DNA from: Eledone cirrhosa
Lineage: Eukaryota
Direction: 5' to 3'
Length of the DNA: 64,000 bases
NCBI GenBank assembly: GCA_964016885.1
Contig: OZ024741.1
Location: 63,984,001-64,048,000 of the forward strand
The position numbers were made by a program, and so were the translations under genes. The notes under the pieces were generated by a model that saw only the letters and a list, made by a program, of their open reading frames with translations, was not told the DNA's origin and did not search any database. Each line of letters begins with the position of its first letter. Position 1 is the stretch's first letter. Of the stretch, positions 12,803-30,463 are shown one piece after another.

Positions 12803-14052
12803 TGATATTTTGTTTCGTGTGGGGAGACCACAGTGGACAACATTATTCAAGGTGGGTCGGGCAAAAGTGGAGAAGAGAAGGATAATGGTGTGAATATCTC
12901 TCGACTGGAAACTTCTAAGAATCCAGGAACACATTCTGTGGGCTATGTCAACTTTGCTGTTTATATGAGTGGCCCAGCTTATGTTGTTGTCAAGTCTCTG
13001 ATGTTGTGGATGCCATGATAGTTTCACCTGGAGGAAGGGAGTACGGGAGTTTCAGGGCATCCTCTTTTCCTAAGTGGATTAACTCAAATTTACCCTCGTT
13101 CCGCATAATATTGTTCTTTTACGCCCATTGGATAACAGCCAATAGGTCTGACTAAAGGCAAGTCCGGTCACCCACTCTATTGATGACCTTCTGGAACTTG
13201 GAATCATCTGCGAAGATTCTTATGTTGTTGTGCTTGATGATGTCAGTAATGTCATTTATATAGATAATAAAAAGAAGAGGGCCCAACAGAGTGCCTAGCG
13301 AAACGCCACTACTGACTTTGGCTGGGCTTGATTTTACTTCTTCGACTACAACATGTTGGGCTCTGTCTGTCGGGAAACACTTGATCCATTGCAGAAACTT
13401 TCCAGAGACACAAATGTTGGATAGCTTTTTTAATAGAATCTTGTGATCAACCCTATCAAAGGCCTTGCTAAAATCAAGGTGAATGACATCAATGCTGGAG
13501 CCCTCTCCCAAAGCTCTCAAAATGTCATCAAAGTGATGCAGGAGCTGCGTTAGGCAGTCCCTTCCATTATGGAACCCATGCTGGCTAGAGCTGATCAGTC
13601 TGTTGCTTTCAAGAAAATGGGTTATTCGCGATCTCACCACCCTCTCAAATACCTTGATATGAGAGGAGAGTCAGATCGGACAGTAGTTCACTGCAAGGGA
13701 TTTGTTTTCCTTTCTGCACCTGGGACAACAGACTGGAACAGGAAGTTTTCAGGAATATAGCCAGCATCCAGTGAGTTCCTCCACAAATTAGCTAGAGGAG
13801 ATGCAAGTTGATGTCGATACGCCTTCAGGACACAAGCAGGGAACCTATCGAGGCCTAATGCTGAATTATGTTTAATTTCGTTTATTGCTGCTAAGACATC
13901 AGGGGCGTCAAACGCTATGTCCGATATAGTATGTTGAGGATTAACATCACTGATACAGCCCAGATCGGGCATATCTGGATTGCTGAAAAAACAGAGCAAT
14001 ATTGATTCTGCAGTATCTTACCAACGGTTTTGTCATTATCTTGGAGAGTGCC

Positions 14053-14057
<5 letters not shown>
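12803..14057 (-). mobile_element. CR1/L2-group LINE reverse transcriptase fragment (pseudogenised)
   Basis: LDFSKAFDRVDH, SGVSLGTLLGPLLFIIYINDI, FADDSK, DNNISWATHIN, with frameshifts. Confidence 0.9.
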
Positions 14058-14129
<72 letters not shown>

Positions 14130-14135
<6 letters not shown>

Positions 14136-16721
14136 TGTATGTAGAGTATATTTGGCAATATACCGTATGTTTAATTGAAAACATTTATGTATACATTCAT
14201 GTATACATCGCTATTTCAGAGCACCAATCCTAGTACCTAATTTTTGCTGGACCGGCAATCGCTCTATATAGTCAGCTCCTTATTATTACTGGAATATACG
14301 TACATATACGTACATATACGTACATACGCAAGCATACGCGAAAACACTCGCCATGAGTATACAAATATAAACACATACAAAATAAAACCGCACGCCCATA
14401 CAGAACCTACGCAGCGCCTGTACCCGCACTCATACGAACGTATACACCAAATACACATAAAATATATATAAAAAAGATATATATATGTGTGTGTGTGCGC
14501 GTGTATATATATAATTAAATGAACATATATAAATAAATAAATACGTATATAACGCACACACATACCTACATGTAAAACACGTATGTTCGCAGACTACGTC
14601 AACCAAAACACAAAGTACACATATACACACACCCTACATGTACGAACCCGCATACTCACACAGACCCAAAACTCACGTATACACACAACCAAATGCACAT
14701 GTACCAGTATATATAATATATACGCCATAACATATACAAGCAAATATACGTACGAGAAAGTATACGTAACTTACAAAACATACAAGTAAAATATACTTAC
14801 CTATACAAATAAGTAATGGTATAAACATAACATATACTTAGCTACCACAACAAGACGTAAAATATCCGCGTATAGTTGATGTCATCCTCAATGCCCGTAA
14901 ATCGGTGATTAATTTCGACGTCTCTATTTGGATTAAAAAATCTAATAGTACCCCATTCGACGTGAGTATGGGCGCCAGCGATTCTGCGGAGGTTACTGAT
15001 CTTATCGGCCTTTTCCTTCTTTTCTCTATCAAGGAAGAATTCTCCAACGGGGGCGGTGGTTTTACCGTGATGATGGTCTTTTGACCATAACAAAGTGCGG
15101 CCCACGTGCTTGCGACAGGTTCAGAAAAGAACTCAGAGCCTTCATACAGGTTGAAGCTAACCTCTCAGTCGTTAATTACCTCCACGTTACCCTCAATTTG
15201 TCGAATGGCTTACACTACCCGTATAGAAAGACGAATAATACGCTTAATTACATAAGTAAGCATTCCAACCCTCCTGCCAGCATAACCAAGAACCTGGTAA
15301 GAAACGTTTCTGAGGCTTTCCCGTCTATCTGCAAACGAGCATATTTTCAACGACCATTCCACATATTACAATGAAGCTCTTGCTCGGAGTGAATTTGTCA
15401 ATAAGGTAGCATATACAGAGTACGAGAATAAACCTAGGAAAAATAGATCCCGACGCATTATATGGTATAGCCCACCATATAATATGGAGGTGGTCACACC
15501 ATTAGCTAAGATCTTTCTCCACTTATTATGAAGCATTTCCCCATAGTACATAAATATAAGAAAATATTTAATAGAAATACCATTAAAATGTCTTACTCTA
15601 CGACTCCTAACCTTGCATATAACATCACAGCTTCAAATTTAGCTAAATTACCTAGCCGTAGGAACACGTGCAACCCTGTAGCCAGTACTAACTGTAATTG
15701 TAGGAACCGGGCTGACTGCCCCCTATCCGGGAAATGCCTCTCTAGTAACATTGTCTACAAATGTAAGGTTGAAACACCCACGTCCCGTGGGGCCTACATA
15801 GGGTTAACCACCAATAGATTCAAGCAGCGTCTTTACATGCATACCCATTCTTTTCTTAACCCTCTAAGAAAGAATATGACGTCACTTTCAGCTTATATCT
15901 GGAGTCTAAAAGACAACCACACCCAATATAAATTACACTGGAAGATCCTAGCTAGGGCTAGATCGTATAACGGAAATAAAAGACCATGTGACCTCTGCGC
16001 CGCTGAGGCCCTGGAAATAGTCTACGCCAAAGACCACATTTAAACAAAAAATCTGAGGCAATTTCGGATTGTAAACATAAATTGCACAAAACTTTCCTGT
16101 ATTACAGCCCCACATTATACCCTAACGGATAGTACGAACTATTCGCGCATATTTTACGTCTTGATGTGGTAGCTAAGTATATGTTATGTTTATAGCATTA
16201 CTTATTTGTATAGGTAAGTATATTTGACCTGTATGTTTTGTGAAGTACGTATACTTTCTCGTACGTATATTTGCTTGTATATGTTATGACGTATATAATA
16301 TATGATATATTCTGGTACATGTGCATTTGATTATGTGTATACGTGAGTTTTGCGTCTGTGTGAGTATGCGGGTTCGTACGTATGTAGGGTGTGTGTATTT
16401 GTGTACTTTGTGTTTTGGTTGACGTATCTGCGAACATACGTGTTTTACATGTAGGTATGTGTGTGCGCGCGTTATATACGTATTTATTTATTTATATATG
16501 TTCATTTAATTATATGTATACACGCGCACACACACACATATATATATCTATTTTATATATATTTTATGTGTTTTTGGTGTATACGTTCGTATATCTGCGT
16601 GTACAGGCGCTGCATAGGTTCTGCATGGGCGTGCGGTTTTTTGGGGGTTTTTTTCTATATGTGCTTGTATTTGTATACCCATGGCGAGTGTTTTCTCGTA
16701 TGCTTGCGTATGTACGTATGT
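14130..16721 (+). mobile_element. 5'-truncated Naiad-like PLE (RT C-terminal half plus GIY-YIG) with a ~570-bp inverted pLTR
   Basis: From 14878: ILNARKSVINFD..WIKK..FDVSMGASDSAEVTDLIGLFLL..YRDDGL. EN region: CNCRNRADCPLSGKCL..VYKC..YIGLT..CDLC. 14313-14877 is inverted relative to 16137-16721. Confidence 0.9.
14878..16131 (+). pseudogene. PLE RT-endonuclease ORF, frameshifted
   Basis: Pieces in ORFs 15081..15374 and 15528..16043, plus the YRDD motif at about 15063. Confidence 0.85.
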
Positions 16722-16816
16722 GGATGCTGTAGGTATATATTTAATTTCGATTACCTCTGTATTTTATTTACTTTATTCTTAACTCTGAAGCCGAGAATCA
16801 TTTGGTTTCCTAGATA

Positions 16817-17080
16817 GAATTTTAGCCTACGACTTCAGTTATACCATTTACGTGGCTTTGTCTTTGCGTGTAATTATTCTCACTGTCCACATAATGACGT
16901 ATTATCTTCGTTTGTTTTTCGTTCATTGCCAGATAATGTCTCTATGAACCACTTAATAGAATATTATTCTACAACTTCAGTTATACTATTTACGTGGTTT
17001 TGTCTTTGCGCGTAATTGTTTTCACCGCTCCAAATAATGACGTATTGTCTCCGTTTTTTCCGTTCTTTGCCAGGGAATGT
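16817..17080 (+). repeat. Diverged tandem duplication, ~143-bp unit x2
   Basis: ACTTCAGTTATAC..TTTACGTGG..TAATGACGTATT..TTGCCAG occurs twice. The downstream 17170-17237 matches 48771-48843 in reverse. Confidence 0.65.
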
Positions 17081-17409
17081 TTACACGAACCAAAGTATCG
17101 TCTTCCTGTCTTCCTTCGGTTGCAACTTTTTTTGAAATATTCACTTCTGCGTTCACAGATTGATTTTTTAGTTTCAGAAGATCCGTTAAGGGTGAAAGCA
17201 GCGATTCTTTGCTTAAACTTTAATCTGTTATTTTAATATATATATATATATATATATAACGAAGGAGGTGTGGTAGAATTTGCTGTATATAATTCACTTT
17301 CAACGCTTGACCGACTCCACCCACTCCCTCGTTGTTCTACAGGCAAGTTCAGCCACCTCCACCTTCCACCCACTGCCATGAAAGACTTAATTGTGTTTAC
17401 AAGAAATTT

Positions 17410-17988
17410 TGACCAATTCTCTTGACAACGATCATCCACGAAACTCGCGAACCACGTATGGTCCCCCAAGGACTCAAGTATAGACTACTCGATTCAATGG
17501 AAATCCATCAAAAGTCCAAGTCATACGCAAGAGGCAATCCGTCTTATGCACGGTGTTTTGGCGAACGGATAAATATTCTAAGGGTATTACGCAATAGCGA
17601 TTGCCTAAATTAAGGAATGAAATCTTCATAAGTTGCCCACATGTCTGGAAACACATCTTACATAACTACAAAGCTCTGGATTGAATAACAACAACATGCT
17701 AATTTTCTTATCAACTCGAACTACTTTTCGGACTTTCGCAGTTATCTCCCTTACACCTTTCGCCCGTGGTAGTGTATCGCTTGGGTGAAGTGACCGTTTC
17801 TGTCCATGCGCGTTCATACGGTTGTTCTTCCTATTCCGTATAACCATGACCATTACGAGCTGAGGATCCTCTAAGGTGAAACAGTTGTTCTCGGTATGGT
17901 GAACTAACTGTTGTGTTACCACTTCTACCTAACTCGTCCCATGGACTGAGTGCTCTACCACTACGAATATTACCTTCCAGTGTTCTAC

Positions 17989-17990
<2 letters not shown>
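17410..17990 (+). mobile_element. Naiad-like PLE 3' fragment (EN C-terminus plus pLTR)
   Basis: Broken frames read STKLANHVWSPKDSSIDYSIQWK..KSKSYARG..ERINIL..CLN..RNEIFISCPH. Confidence 0.75.
17856..17893 (+). ncRNA. Minimal hammerhead ribozyme in a PLE 3' region
   Basis: CGAG-CTGAGGA-TCCTCTAAGGT-GAAAC-AGTT-GTT^-CTCG. Confidence 0.55.
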
Positions 17991-18077
<87 letters not shown>

Positions 18078-18121
18078 GATTGGTGCTCTGAAATAGCGAT
18101 GTATACATGAATGTATGTATG

Positions 18122-18183
<62 letters not shown>

Positions 18184-18220
18184 TATATCTATATCTATAT
18201 ATATACATATATATATATAC

Positions 18221-18264
<44 letters not shown>

Positions 18265-18384
18265 TATAGAAAAAATCGTATTCAGACCTGCAGAGAGTTG
18301 GGCTCCGCCAGATTTAAAAGTGCCCTGAACATGCCGTTTGACGGTGCCTCAACGACTCCACAAGGAGTTATGGGATCTTTATAT

Positions 18385-18419
<35 letters not shown>

Positions 18420-18482
18420 CATTCATGACATATAGAGAGTGATACACATACACACTCATGTGCATGTGTGTGTATTATGTAC

Positions 18483-20808
<2,326 letters not shown>

Positions 20809-21039
20809 TATATACGTATATATATATACGTATATATATATGCATTTCCCAATTACATATAAGTTCACAAATGTATGCTTCCTCAATCAAAGACTGAGCT
20901 GCATTGTTTATTTGGGAGTTGTTTCTGCCACCTACATATATATTTCTTTTTTGTTGACCATCTGAACCAGATTATGTAATTCAGTCAAATCATTGTGACT
21001 TACTACATAAAGATATGTCTGTTAATATGTAATTATACT

Positions 21040-21363
21040 TCTTGTGCGCTCCTCAGGGATGTTGAGAATGACCAGGGGGTGCTGGAGCCTAAAGGGGCGA
21101 TGGAGGGGGGGTCGATAGAGATGATATAATAGTATATTAAATATCAAATGACACATATTATATATATAGTAAAATAGAAAATATATATTTATTTATACTT
21201 AGTATATATCATATTATTTATTATTTATAAATTAACGATTTTATTTATAATAAATTATTTACAATTTGCGTGTAGGCAGGTCTCTCTGGAAATAGGAGTG
21301 GGAGCGCTGAGGGTATTACGTGGTCGTGAGGGGATGGGGAGCAAAATGTTTTGAGAACCTCTG
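21040..21363. mobile_element. hAT-like MITE relic
   Basis: Ends in TTGAGAACCTCTG, a Charlie-type terminus. The other end was not resolved. Confidence 0.35.
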
Positions 21364-22462
21364 AATTAAATGGTCGAGTGTTTCCTTTTATCGTCAAGAG
21401 TTCAACGAATCAATAGATGAGTCGCTTTCCGGAGTCTTGTGGCGTCTATAAATAGTACTTAAATAATCCCCAGTTGTTTTAAGAAAAAAATATTGACACG
21501 TTAGATTATGTAGCTCTGGCTACTTCTAAAATTACTTGTTACTCATAGCTAGAATGTATTTTATCATTATTCTATTCCATAAGAACTACCTTCGGAGAAA
21601 CAACAATTGCATACTGGACTCGATTCGATTGAAAATTTTACAATTTATATGTGTGATACTGTACCGACGGTAGAAATCATTATTCGCTGCATATCATTTA
21701 TTCATTTATAAGATACATAATTTTCATCCTGAAGTAAAAATTGGTTCTTTTTTAATGTTCATAATAAAATTAGAGTCAGGATAGTTATTTGTAAATAAAA
21801 TAATTCTCAGTGCTTGCAATAAAATTTAATGTTAAATACATTTTTTTCAACTTTACAATAAAATTAAAGCTTCAGTATTTATTTCGTTTCCTAATAACTA
21901 TATATTTTAATGTTTGCAGTAAAATTAAAGGTAAAATATTTTTTATACTTACGATGGTTTTAGTAACAATGAATTAAATTACAGCAAAATTTTAAGCATT
22001 GTAATTATTTTACTGGACGCATAATAAATTAATTTGTTTTAATGTGTATGAACAATTTTATAAAGAGAAAACGAGTGCTTGGCAAAGGACTTTGTAAGGC
22101 GGGCCAAATTAAAGTTTTGAGGACTGACACTACCGCCTTCGTTAAAGGTTTTACCTATTTCGTTTTACACTTGCAGAGGAAGATAAAGGTGAAAAAGGGA
22201 GATGCTATGCCCCAAATAATTTTGCTGAAAGGGCAGTGGGTGTGGCAAGGAAGATCCGAATTAATGAGCTTCCTCTCAACATGTGCATGTAGTCAGAAGA
22301 ATATAAGAGAAAGAAGGGTAATCCAGAATCTGTCGGGGTTCACTGTTTGACTAAAAATTCTCTTATTAGAATGTTTCATTTCCGTTTCTTCGTGCCCCTT
22401 TTCTCAAACTCAGTTTTAACAATATCAATGTTCTCGTTCGTCATACTTGCATTAGATAAAGA

Positions 22463-23925
22463 AATTATTATTCTGAATTTGATATCCAGGTCATTGATGT
22501 TTAACCAGAAAAATTGCCCAAATGAACAACAAGCTGCTACCTGCAGCCTCAAATGTTCAGAACATATCGAAGAATCCTTGGTGTTCCTAGTAGCATGCCT
22601 TTTGAAGTGTTAAAAAAGGGGGCTGGGTTAATGTTCTTTAGCCAGACTTGGAAACTCTTCACGATAGTGCCTAGTGCGCCTATATCGATGGGGATTACCT
22701 TAATCTCATGACAGTCCCAAATCCTTTTCAATTCCCACTTTAGATCCTGGTACTGGTTAATTTTCTCCCTCTCCTTTTCTTGCACACTTGTGTTAAAAGG
22801 GCAAGCTACATGTATGACCAAGCAAGTTGATGTTCTCCTTCTCAAAAACCATTAGGTCAGGCCTATTGTGTTCCAATTATTTATCTGTTTGTCTTCTGAA
22901 ATCCCACAGTACCCGATCATTTTCTGTCACCGACTCTGGCTTATGCTCATACCTTCTCTCAGACTGGGGTAATGTTTTCAGTTTGTATAAATGCCATTGG
23001 ATCACTTTTCCTATGATATCATGCTTCCATCCTTTATAATGAGTCTAGACTAGGTGTTTACACTAGAATACGATGTGAGCCACAGTTTCCTCTCTCTCTC
23101 TCTCCACAGATTCTACAGAGCGGGCTAGCTTTCTTCTTGTCAATGTGATGTTTTATCTACTTCGTTCTAAAGGCTTGCTCCTGTGTAGCCAGTAGTATAC
23201 CCTCTGTAGCTCTCTTAAGATCCCTTTTCTTTAACCAGTCCCATGTCTGCGGATCTCTGAATTCCGTTTACTTCAGGTAGGTGCTATGAATGGCTTTTTC
23301 ATTCAGATTGTTCATCCTTCTTGTTGCTACTTCTTTTTTGAACATCTCCTGGTCTAATATCTCCTCTTCAATACAGCCTTCCGCATTGGCTTGTTACTCT
23401 GATACATGTTTATGTAAACAGCTCTTCTCCATCTGAACACAGTACTCCACGCAGATAAGATCTCTCCCACTTTCAAATCTCTTTAAGTGCAGTCTATTAA
23501 CACCACTATTTTTATGAAACATACTGTAGGTAGTCATTAATTTCCTTGTCTATCCAGTTATTTTTGCTCGTTTACATTCTATTAAAATATTCCACACTGT
23601 ACCTAATAATTGACAATACGAGAGAGGGTAAGGATAAACAATAAATGAGACAGACTATCTCTTTGGAAGATACCTCACTTGATTTTCACTCCTTCCAACG
23701 ATTCTTCCCCTAATGTTAACTCTGTATCTCAGTTCTTCATGCTACTACTTAATAGCAGTCTAATGTTGTCCGCTACCTTAAAGATTTTTTAGGCATTTGG
23801 TTATCCAAGAATGAGGAACGATGTCGAATGCTTTCTTGTAATTTATCCATCCCATGATAAGACTAGTATACCTCCTCTTGCAGTTCTTTTTTATCATCTT
23901 GTCAATAAGTAAATGGTCTTCTGTA
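22463..23925 (-). mobile_element. R4/Dong-type non-LTR retrotransposon relic (RT, CCHC, restriction-like endonuclease)
   Basis: WINYKKAFDIVPHSW; ATQEQALRT..LCRICGE..ETVAHIV; HNRPDL..VACPF..EKINQYQDL..IGALG. Confidence 0.85.
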
Positions 23926-23998
23926 ACGCACTGGAGTCGATTCAATCGACTTTTCTCCCTCCCAAAATTGTCGGCTTAAATGAGAAGCTATTATTAGA

Positions 23999-24352
23999 GC
24001 GGTGGATTAGTACGAGTGGTGCGTCAGATAGAATTATTTGCAGCATTTAGCTACGACTTTCTACATTCTGAGTTCAAATACTACTGAAGTCAACTTTGCC
24101 CACCATTTTCTGGAGTCGATAAAATAAAGTACCGGTTTGATACTTGGATCGATATAATCATTTTTCTCCTCGCCTTGTGTCTAATTCAGAAACCGCTATT
24201 ATTAAGATGGAGATTAGCAGAACTATAAGAACGTCAGAGAAAATACCTTGCAACATTTAGTTATGGTCCTTTATATTTTGTCTTTAAATCCCAACGTAGT
24301 CAACTTATCTTTTCATCATTTCTGAACCGATAAAATAAGTATCAGTCAAGTA
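23999..24352 (+). mobile_element. Two adjacent diverged SINE copies
   Basis: TTCTGAGTTCAAAT..GTCGATAAAATAAAGTACC, then a second copy at 24208-24352. Confidence 0.6.
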
Positions 24353-24549
24353 CACCACTCACAATATCTAAGATTTCAAATGTGGAAAAAGCCAAGTGTC
24401 GGAATAGCCAATAGTTGGCGGTCCGCTAAAACGAAAGACAGAGAAGAAAAACGAATTTAGGGACCTGACCCCAAAACCTAAATGTTTGAGAGCGCTAAAG
24501 TAAATGACACAGTAAATGGTGATGCTAAACATTCAAACCACTCAACAAG

Positions 24550-24765
24550 ACTAACAACAACGACAAGAACAACGATCACAGCAACAACTACAACCATAAC
24601 AGTTACACCAACAACTACAACCATAACAGTTACACCAACAACAACAAGGATAGCAACAACAGCCACAACAGACGCAACCAAAACAAAAATAACAACAACA
24701 TCAAAGAAAGAATCTACAACAAATACAAATAGAAACAAACAACAAATGCAAGCATGGCAACAATA
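24550..24765 (+). repeat. (ACA)n-rich low-complexity repeat
   Basis: Degenerate ACA triplets that produce the poly-Thr ORF. Confidence 0.7.
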
Positions 24766-25620
24766 AGGGACATGCTACGTATGTATGCGCGCGTGTGTGT
24801 GAGAGAGAGAAGGGGAGAGAGCGTGTGTGCATGTTTATTATTTATACATATATTCATTTTACTCATAAGTTGCTTGTACAAAGGATTGCATTCATCTTAA
24901 TTTCTCCTCGAAGGGAAAATAACTGACAAGTATTTCATTGATAAATTGATACGGAATCCCTGGCACTCAGCTAACTGTGTAAACATGCATGAAGTCTAAT
25001 TCAAAGAATTCTTCTTCAGGCATGTTGAATCTCAAGAGTCAGAAGTGTAAAGTGTGAAATTAGAAATAAGGAAGGCATAAATGTCAGCTTTATTTTAAAT
25101 GACACATTATCCTTATTTCACGGAAAAGTTAACACGTTGGATTTTCAGCAAATGCGCTTTATATCTTATTTTATTTGCTTCAACCTACGAGTATATATAT
25201 TTGTGTGTGTTTGTGTGTGTGTGGGGGGGGGAGGGCGTGTGAGCATGTGTATATAGATATATACATATATACTAATGTACAGATATATTTATACAAATAA
25301 TGCATAAATATATAATTTATGTGTATATATATATATATATTTTTTTTTTTGTTACTAATATATATATATATTTTACTATATATGTAGATAAATCTACCAA
25401 AATATACGGTAGTGTCCAATCCGTATGAAGAACTCAATGTAATCAAAATATCATGAAAAGAGAAGATGTATTCAAAAATGTTTTCGATTAAAATCACAGG
25501 AAAAAAGAGTCAAGATAAATTAATAAAAACAATGAATAAAAACAAAGAAACAGTTCCTTATATTAAAAAATTCATCATTTTACGATCGTTTCTAGGATAT
25601 ATATGTGTGTGTTGGTATGT

Positions 25621-25796
25621 ATATCATATAGATCTATGTAAAAATGTTACAAAATATCAGAGAAAATATACATACCTACACATATATATGCTGTCTTCAG
25701 AAATAATGCATTATTTCTGAAGACAGCATATATATGTGTAGGTATGTATATTCCCTCTGATAGTTTCTAAAATTTTTACATGGATCTATATGATCT
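25621..25796. repeat. Zero-spacer palindrome with ~88-bp arms
   Basis: ..GCTGTCTTCAGAAATAATG|CATTATTTCTGAAGACAGC.., centre at 25708/25709. Confidence 0.85.
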
Positions 25797-26189
25797 ATAT
25801 ATTTTTTTATCTGAATATTGTTTTGATTATCTTATGATAAAATTGAAATGGAGGGAAATGAGATGTATTTTCATCATTTGATACTCTTTAATTTCCCGAA
25901 AGGGAAGAAATGCTGGACAAACACCGAGAAAAATATGTGTTGTTTATGGAGATGGTTCCATAGCTAATAGTACTGTTCGCAAGTGCTTCACTAGGTTTGG
26001 AGCCGAAATTTTGACCGAGAAATTCTAACGCCAGAAATTTCCATATCAACAGTGACATAGACCACCTGAAACGTAAACAGCGGGCAGAGGCCTAACATCA
26101 GTTCAGACAGTATTTGTTTATCGTATGATATCCCTCTGAAAACCTCTACAAACCAACAAGCGTATGAGCCCATCTATTGAACAGCTCTG

Positions 26190-26670
26190 TCTACACAAGG
26201 GAGATAACATCATGAAAGTTTGGAAGGAGCTCCTTGGGAAATAATTCCTGCATGATAACCAAACATTCATAGCCAGGAAAATTGCTCAGCAATACAGCAA
26301 TGAATCCATAGATGAAAAACTGCATGCTTATCATAACAAAATCATGCATGGTTGAGTGTAATATAGATACGCAAAGAAATCTATCTTGGACCAATAACCA
26401 GTATATTGAGGCTCACTTTGAAGGATATGCCTTTGCAATCCAAGAACAGAGATAGGGGTGACAGCAAAACACCTAGATGTGACAACAGATGCAGACTCCG
26501 AGGAATTCATGTCGAAGATCCCACTCATATCATTAACAGTTGCCTAAAGATGTCATCATGGTGCTATCTGCCAATGAGGCATGATGTAGTGATCAAAGAA
26601 CATTCGATGCAATCCGTAGAAAGAACAACCCCTACAATACACATAAAAAGCAATATAGTTGACATATACA
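26190..26670 (+). mobile_element. R4-type LINE relic (CCHC region)
   Basis: HFEGYAFAIQEQE..CDNRCRL..VEDPTHIINSCLKMS..YLPMRHDVV. Confidence 0.75.
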
Positions 26671-26733
26671 TACCAGATGAAGTATTAAGTTCTCATTCAG
26701 TTAATTTTGGGGTGTTTTAAGTAGTAAGAATAT

Positions 26734-26773
<40 letters not shown>

Positions 26774-26899
26774 ATGTATATATATATGTGTATGTATATA
26801 TATATGTGTGTATATATATATACTGTGTATATATATATATATAAGCAAAAGAATGAATGAATGAAAGAGTTACAACCCGTTAAAACATATCATTATATA

Positions 26900-26950
26900 G
26901 CTCTTACACGTGTTTCGCCCATGGGGGGGGGGGGAGGCTCATCGGAGGCA
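26900..26950 (-). ncRNA. Hammerhead relic (core CCGATGA)
   Basis: Minus strand: CCGATGA-GCC..GGC-GAAAC-ACGT-GTA^-AGAGC. Confidence 0.45.
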
Positions 26951-27224
26951 GATATTAAAAGCAAAGTCTTTAATTACAGACACTGATAGGGTATAATAAT
27001 AATTTCAAATCGCGATGCATAGTAATTTTAAATGTTATGGGTTAAAATACGGTGAAAGGAGTATAGTTTGCTAAGAGAGGTAATTACGGCTGCCCGTATA
27101 AAGTTTAGTGAATAACTTATGACCAGTACCAGCTATGGAAAAAAATGTTGTAAAAAAAGAATTAACATATGCGGGGTCTGTCAACTCAGTATAAATGATG
27201 CCGTGTTTAGGTGTGAATATGATA

Positions 27225-27350
27225 GACTAAACTTTTCCTTTCATCCTAAACGGGTTTGATAAAATAAAGTACCAGTCACGCACTGGGGTCGGTTTAATTG
27301 ACTTCCCCTTCCCCCAAAATTGCTGGCCTTGTGCCTATATAAGAACCCAT
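27225..27350 (+). mobile_element. SINE 3' half
   Basis: CCTTTCATCC..GATAAAATAAAGTACCAG..CTGGGGTCG. Confidence 0.65.
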
Positions 27351-27399
27351 TATTGAAAGTATCTGGAATGTACATGGTAAAGACACGCTATAAATGTAT

Positions 27400-27635
27400 A
27401 TATATATACACATGTACATATATACACATGTACATATATACACATATATATACATGTACATATATACACATATATACACATGTACATATATACACATGTA
27501 CATATATACACATGTACATATATACACATATATACACATGTACATATATACACATATATACACATTTTACATATATACACATGTACATATATACACATGT
27601 ACATATATACACATGTACATGCACACATATACACG
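27400..27635. repeat. Minisatellite built from TACACATGTACATATA units
   Basis: Direct inspection. Confidence 0.85.
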
Positions 27636-27649
27636 CACTCATATATATA

Positions 27650-29165
<1,516 letters not shown>

Positions 29166-29337
29166 TTTTTCTATATATATATATAGGCTTAAAAATGGAA
29201 TGAGAGTAAGAAGAAAGCAAGAACGGGGGGGGGGAGGGGTCCTCGTCAGTTGCCCCCTGGGGGTCTCTGATATTTCAACGCTTTAAAGATATATATTGAG
29301 TGAGTGTGAAAGACCAAAGATCATTATTGAATTCTCT

Positions 29338-29527
29338 GGCGGTGGATTGGCAGTATCGGTAGAGGGTCGGACGCCATGCTTTCCATCATAGTTACGTCTC
29401 TTTACGATCTGAGTTCAAATCCCGCTGAGGTTGACTTTGCCTTTCATCTTTACGGGGTCGATAAAATAAAGTACCAGTAATGCACTGGGTAATTGCTGGC
29501 CTTGTGCCTAAACTAGAAACAATTATT
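29338..29527 (+). mobile_element. Full-length SINE with a ~17-bp target-site duplication
   Basis: ATTATTGA(A)ATTCTCTGG on both sides. The host repeat (29297-29717) is also present at 34830-35250. Confidence 0.9.
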
Positions 29528-29831
29528 GAATTCTCTGGATTTCGCAAAATAGATAATATTTTTTATTGGAGAAGGTAAGATATTTTTGTGCAAAAATTTG
29601 ATTGCAGTTTTGTTTCCACTTATGTATTTTTTGAAAATGTTATTTATTCATTATAAAAATTAAATGATAACATTATATATGTAGGTGGTACCCCTTCATC
29701 TCCTGGAAACCAATATATGTATATATATATATATATAATTTTTACAATAATTTTTTCCACTATCCAGCGAATCACAACCGTTAAGGTTGTCTTTATGCGG
29801 GTATGTCAATATTTATTTATAAAACAAATTT

Positions 29832-29938
29832 GTATTTTATCTTATGAAAGCGCACTAAAATCTGCCTTGGTTTCCCTTGAAATATATATAATAAAATAAT
29901 TATGGTTTTATAAATATAGTTTCCATTTATTAATATAT
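29832..29938 (+). repeat. Decayed copy of the 5058 hammerhead/pLTR tail family
   Basis: TATTTTATCTTATGA..CCTTGAAATATATATAATAAAATAA..TGGTTTTATAAATATAGTTTCCATTTATTAATAT. Confidence 0.65.
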
Positions 29939-30463
29939 TGTATATATTGAATATTTACTCTACTAAACAGTTGAGTTCTTTATATCAGTTATAAAAATGT
30001 TTAAGCTTGTTGAATCCCAAAAAATTAAATACAACTTCTGCATATATATATATATAGTTCAAGAAATAAGAGTGACATGGTTTGCTATACAATAAGGGCT
30101 TTATTCACATTGCTGACAATTGTTTCTTTGATCTGGTAGGTCTAACCTGTTATCCCGTGTATATATATATAAAAGGCCAATCATTGTAAGTTTGAATCTA
30201 ACTGACATGAAACAACATATATATATATGAATAAGGTAAGCTCAAATCATAGTAGATTCAAATATCACTGAGACAAAGAGAGAGAGGGGGTGAGGTGCAA
30301 CCGAAATGAAACATGGATTACAGGTTAAAATATACTCTAGATTGATGAGAAACAAAACGAGGATATAGTTTATGGAACAACCAAATGATTTAGAAGTCGA
30401 CCTTAAGTAGAAGCAATAACATTAAGAAAGACATGAATGAAACCATATCATTATGTATTGAAA

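Noticed and set aside
24482-24766. Mucin-like Thr-rich exon
   Set aside because: Degenerate (ACA)n repeat with no supporting gene context.
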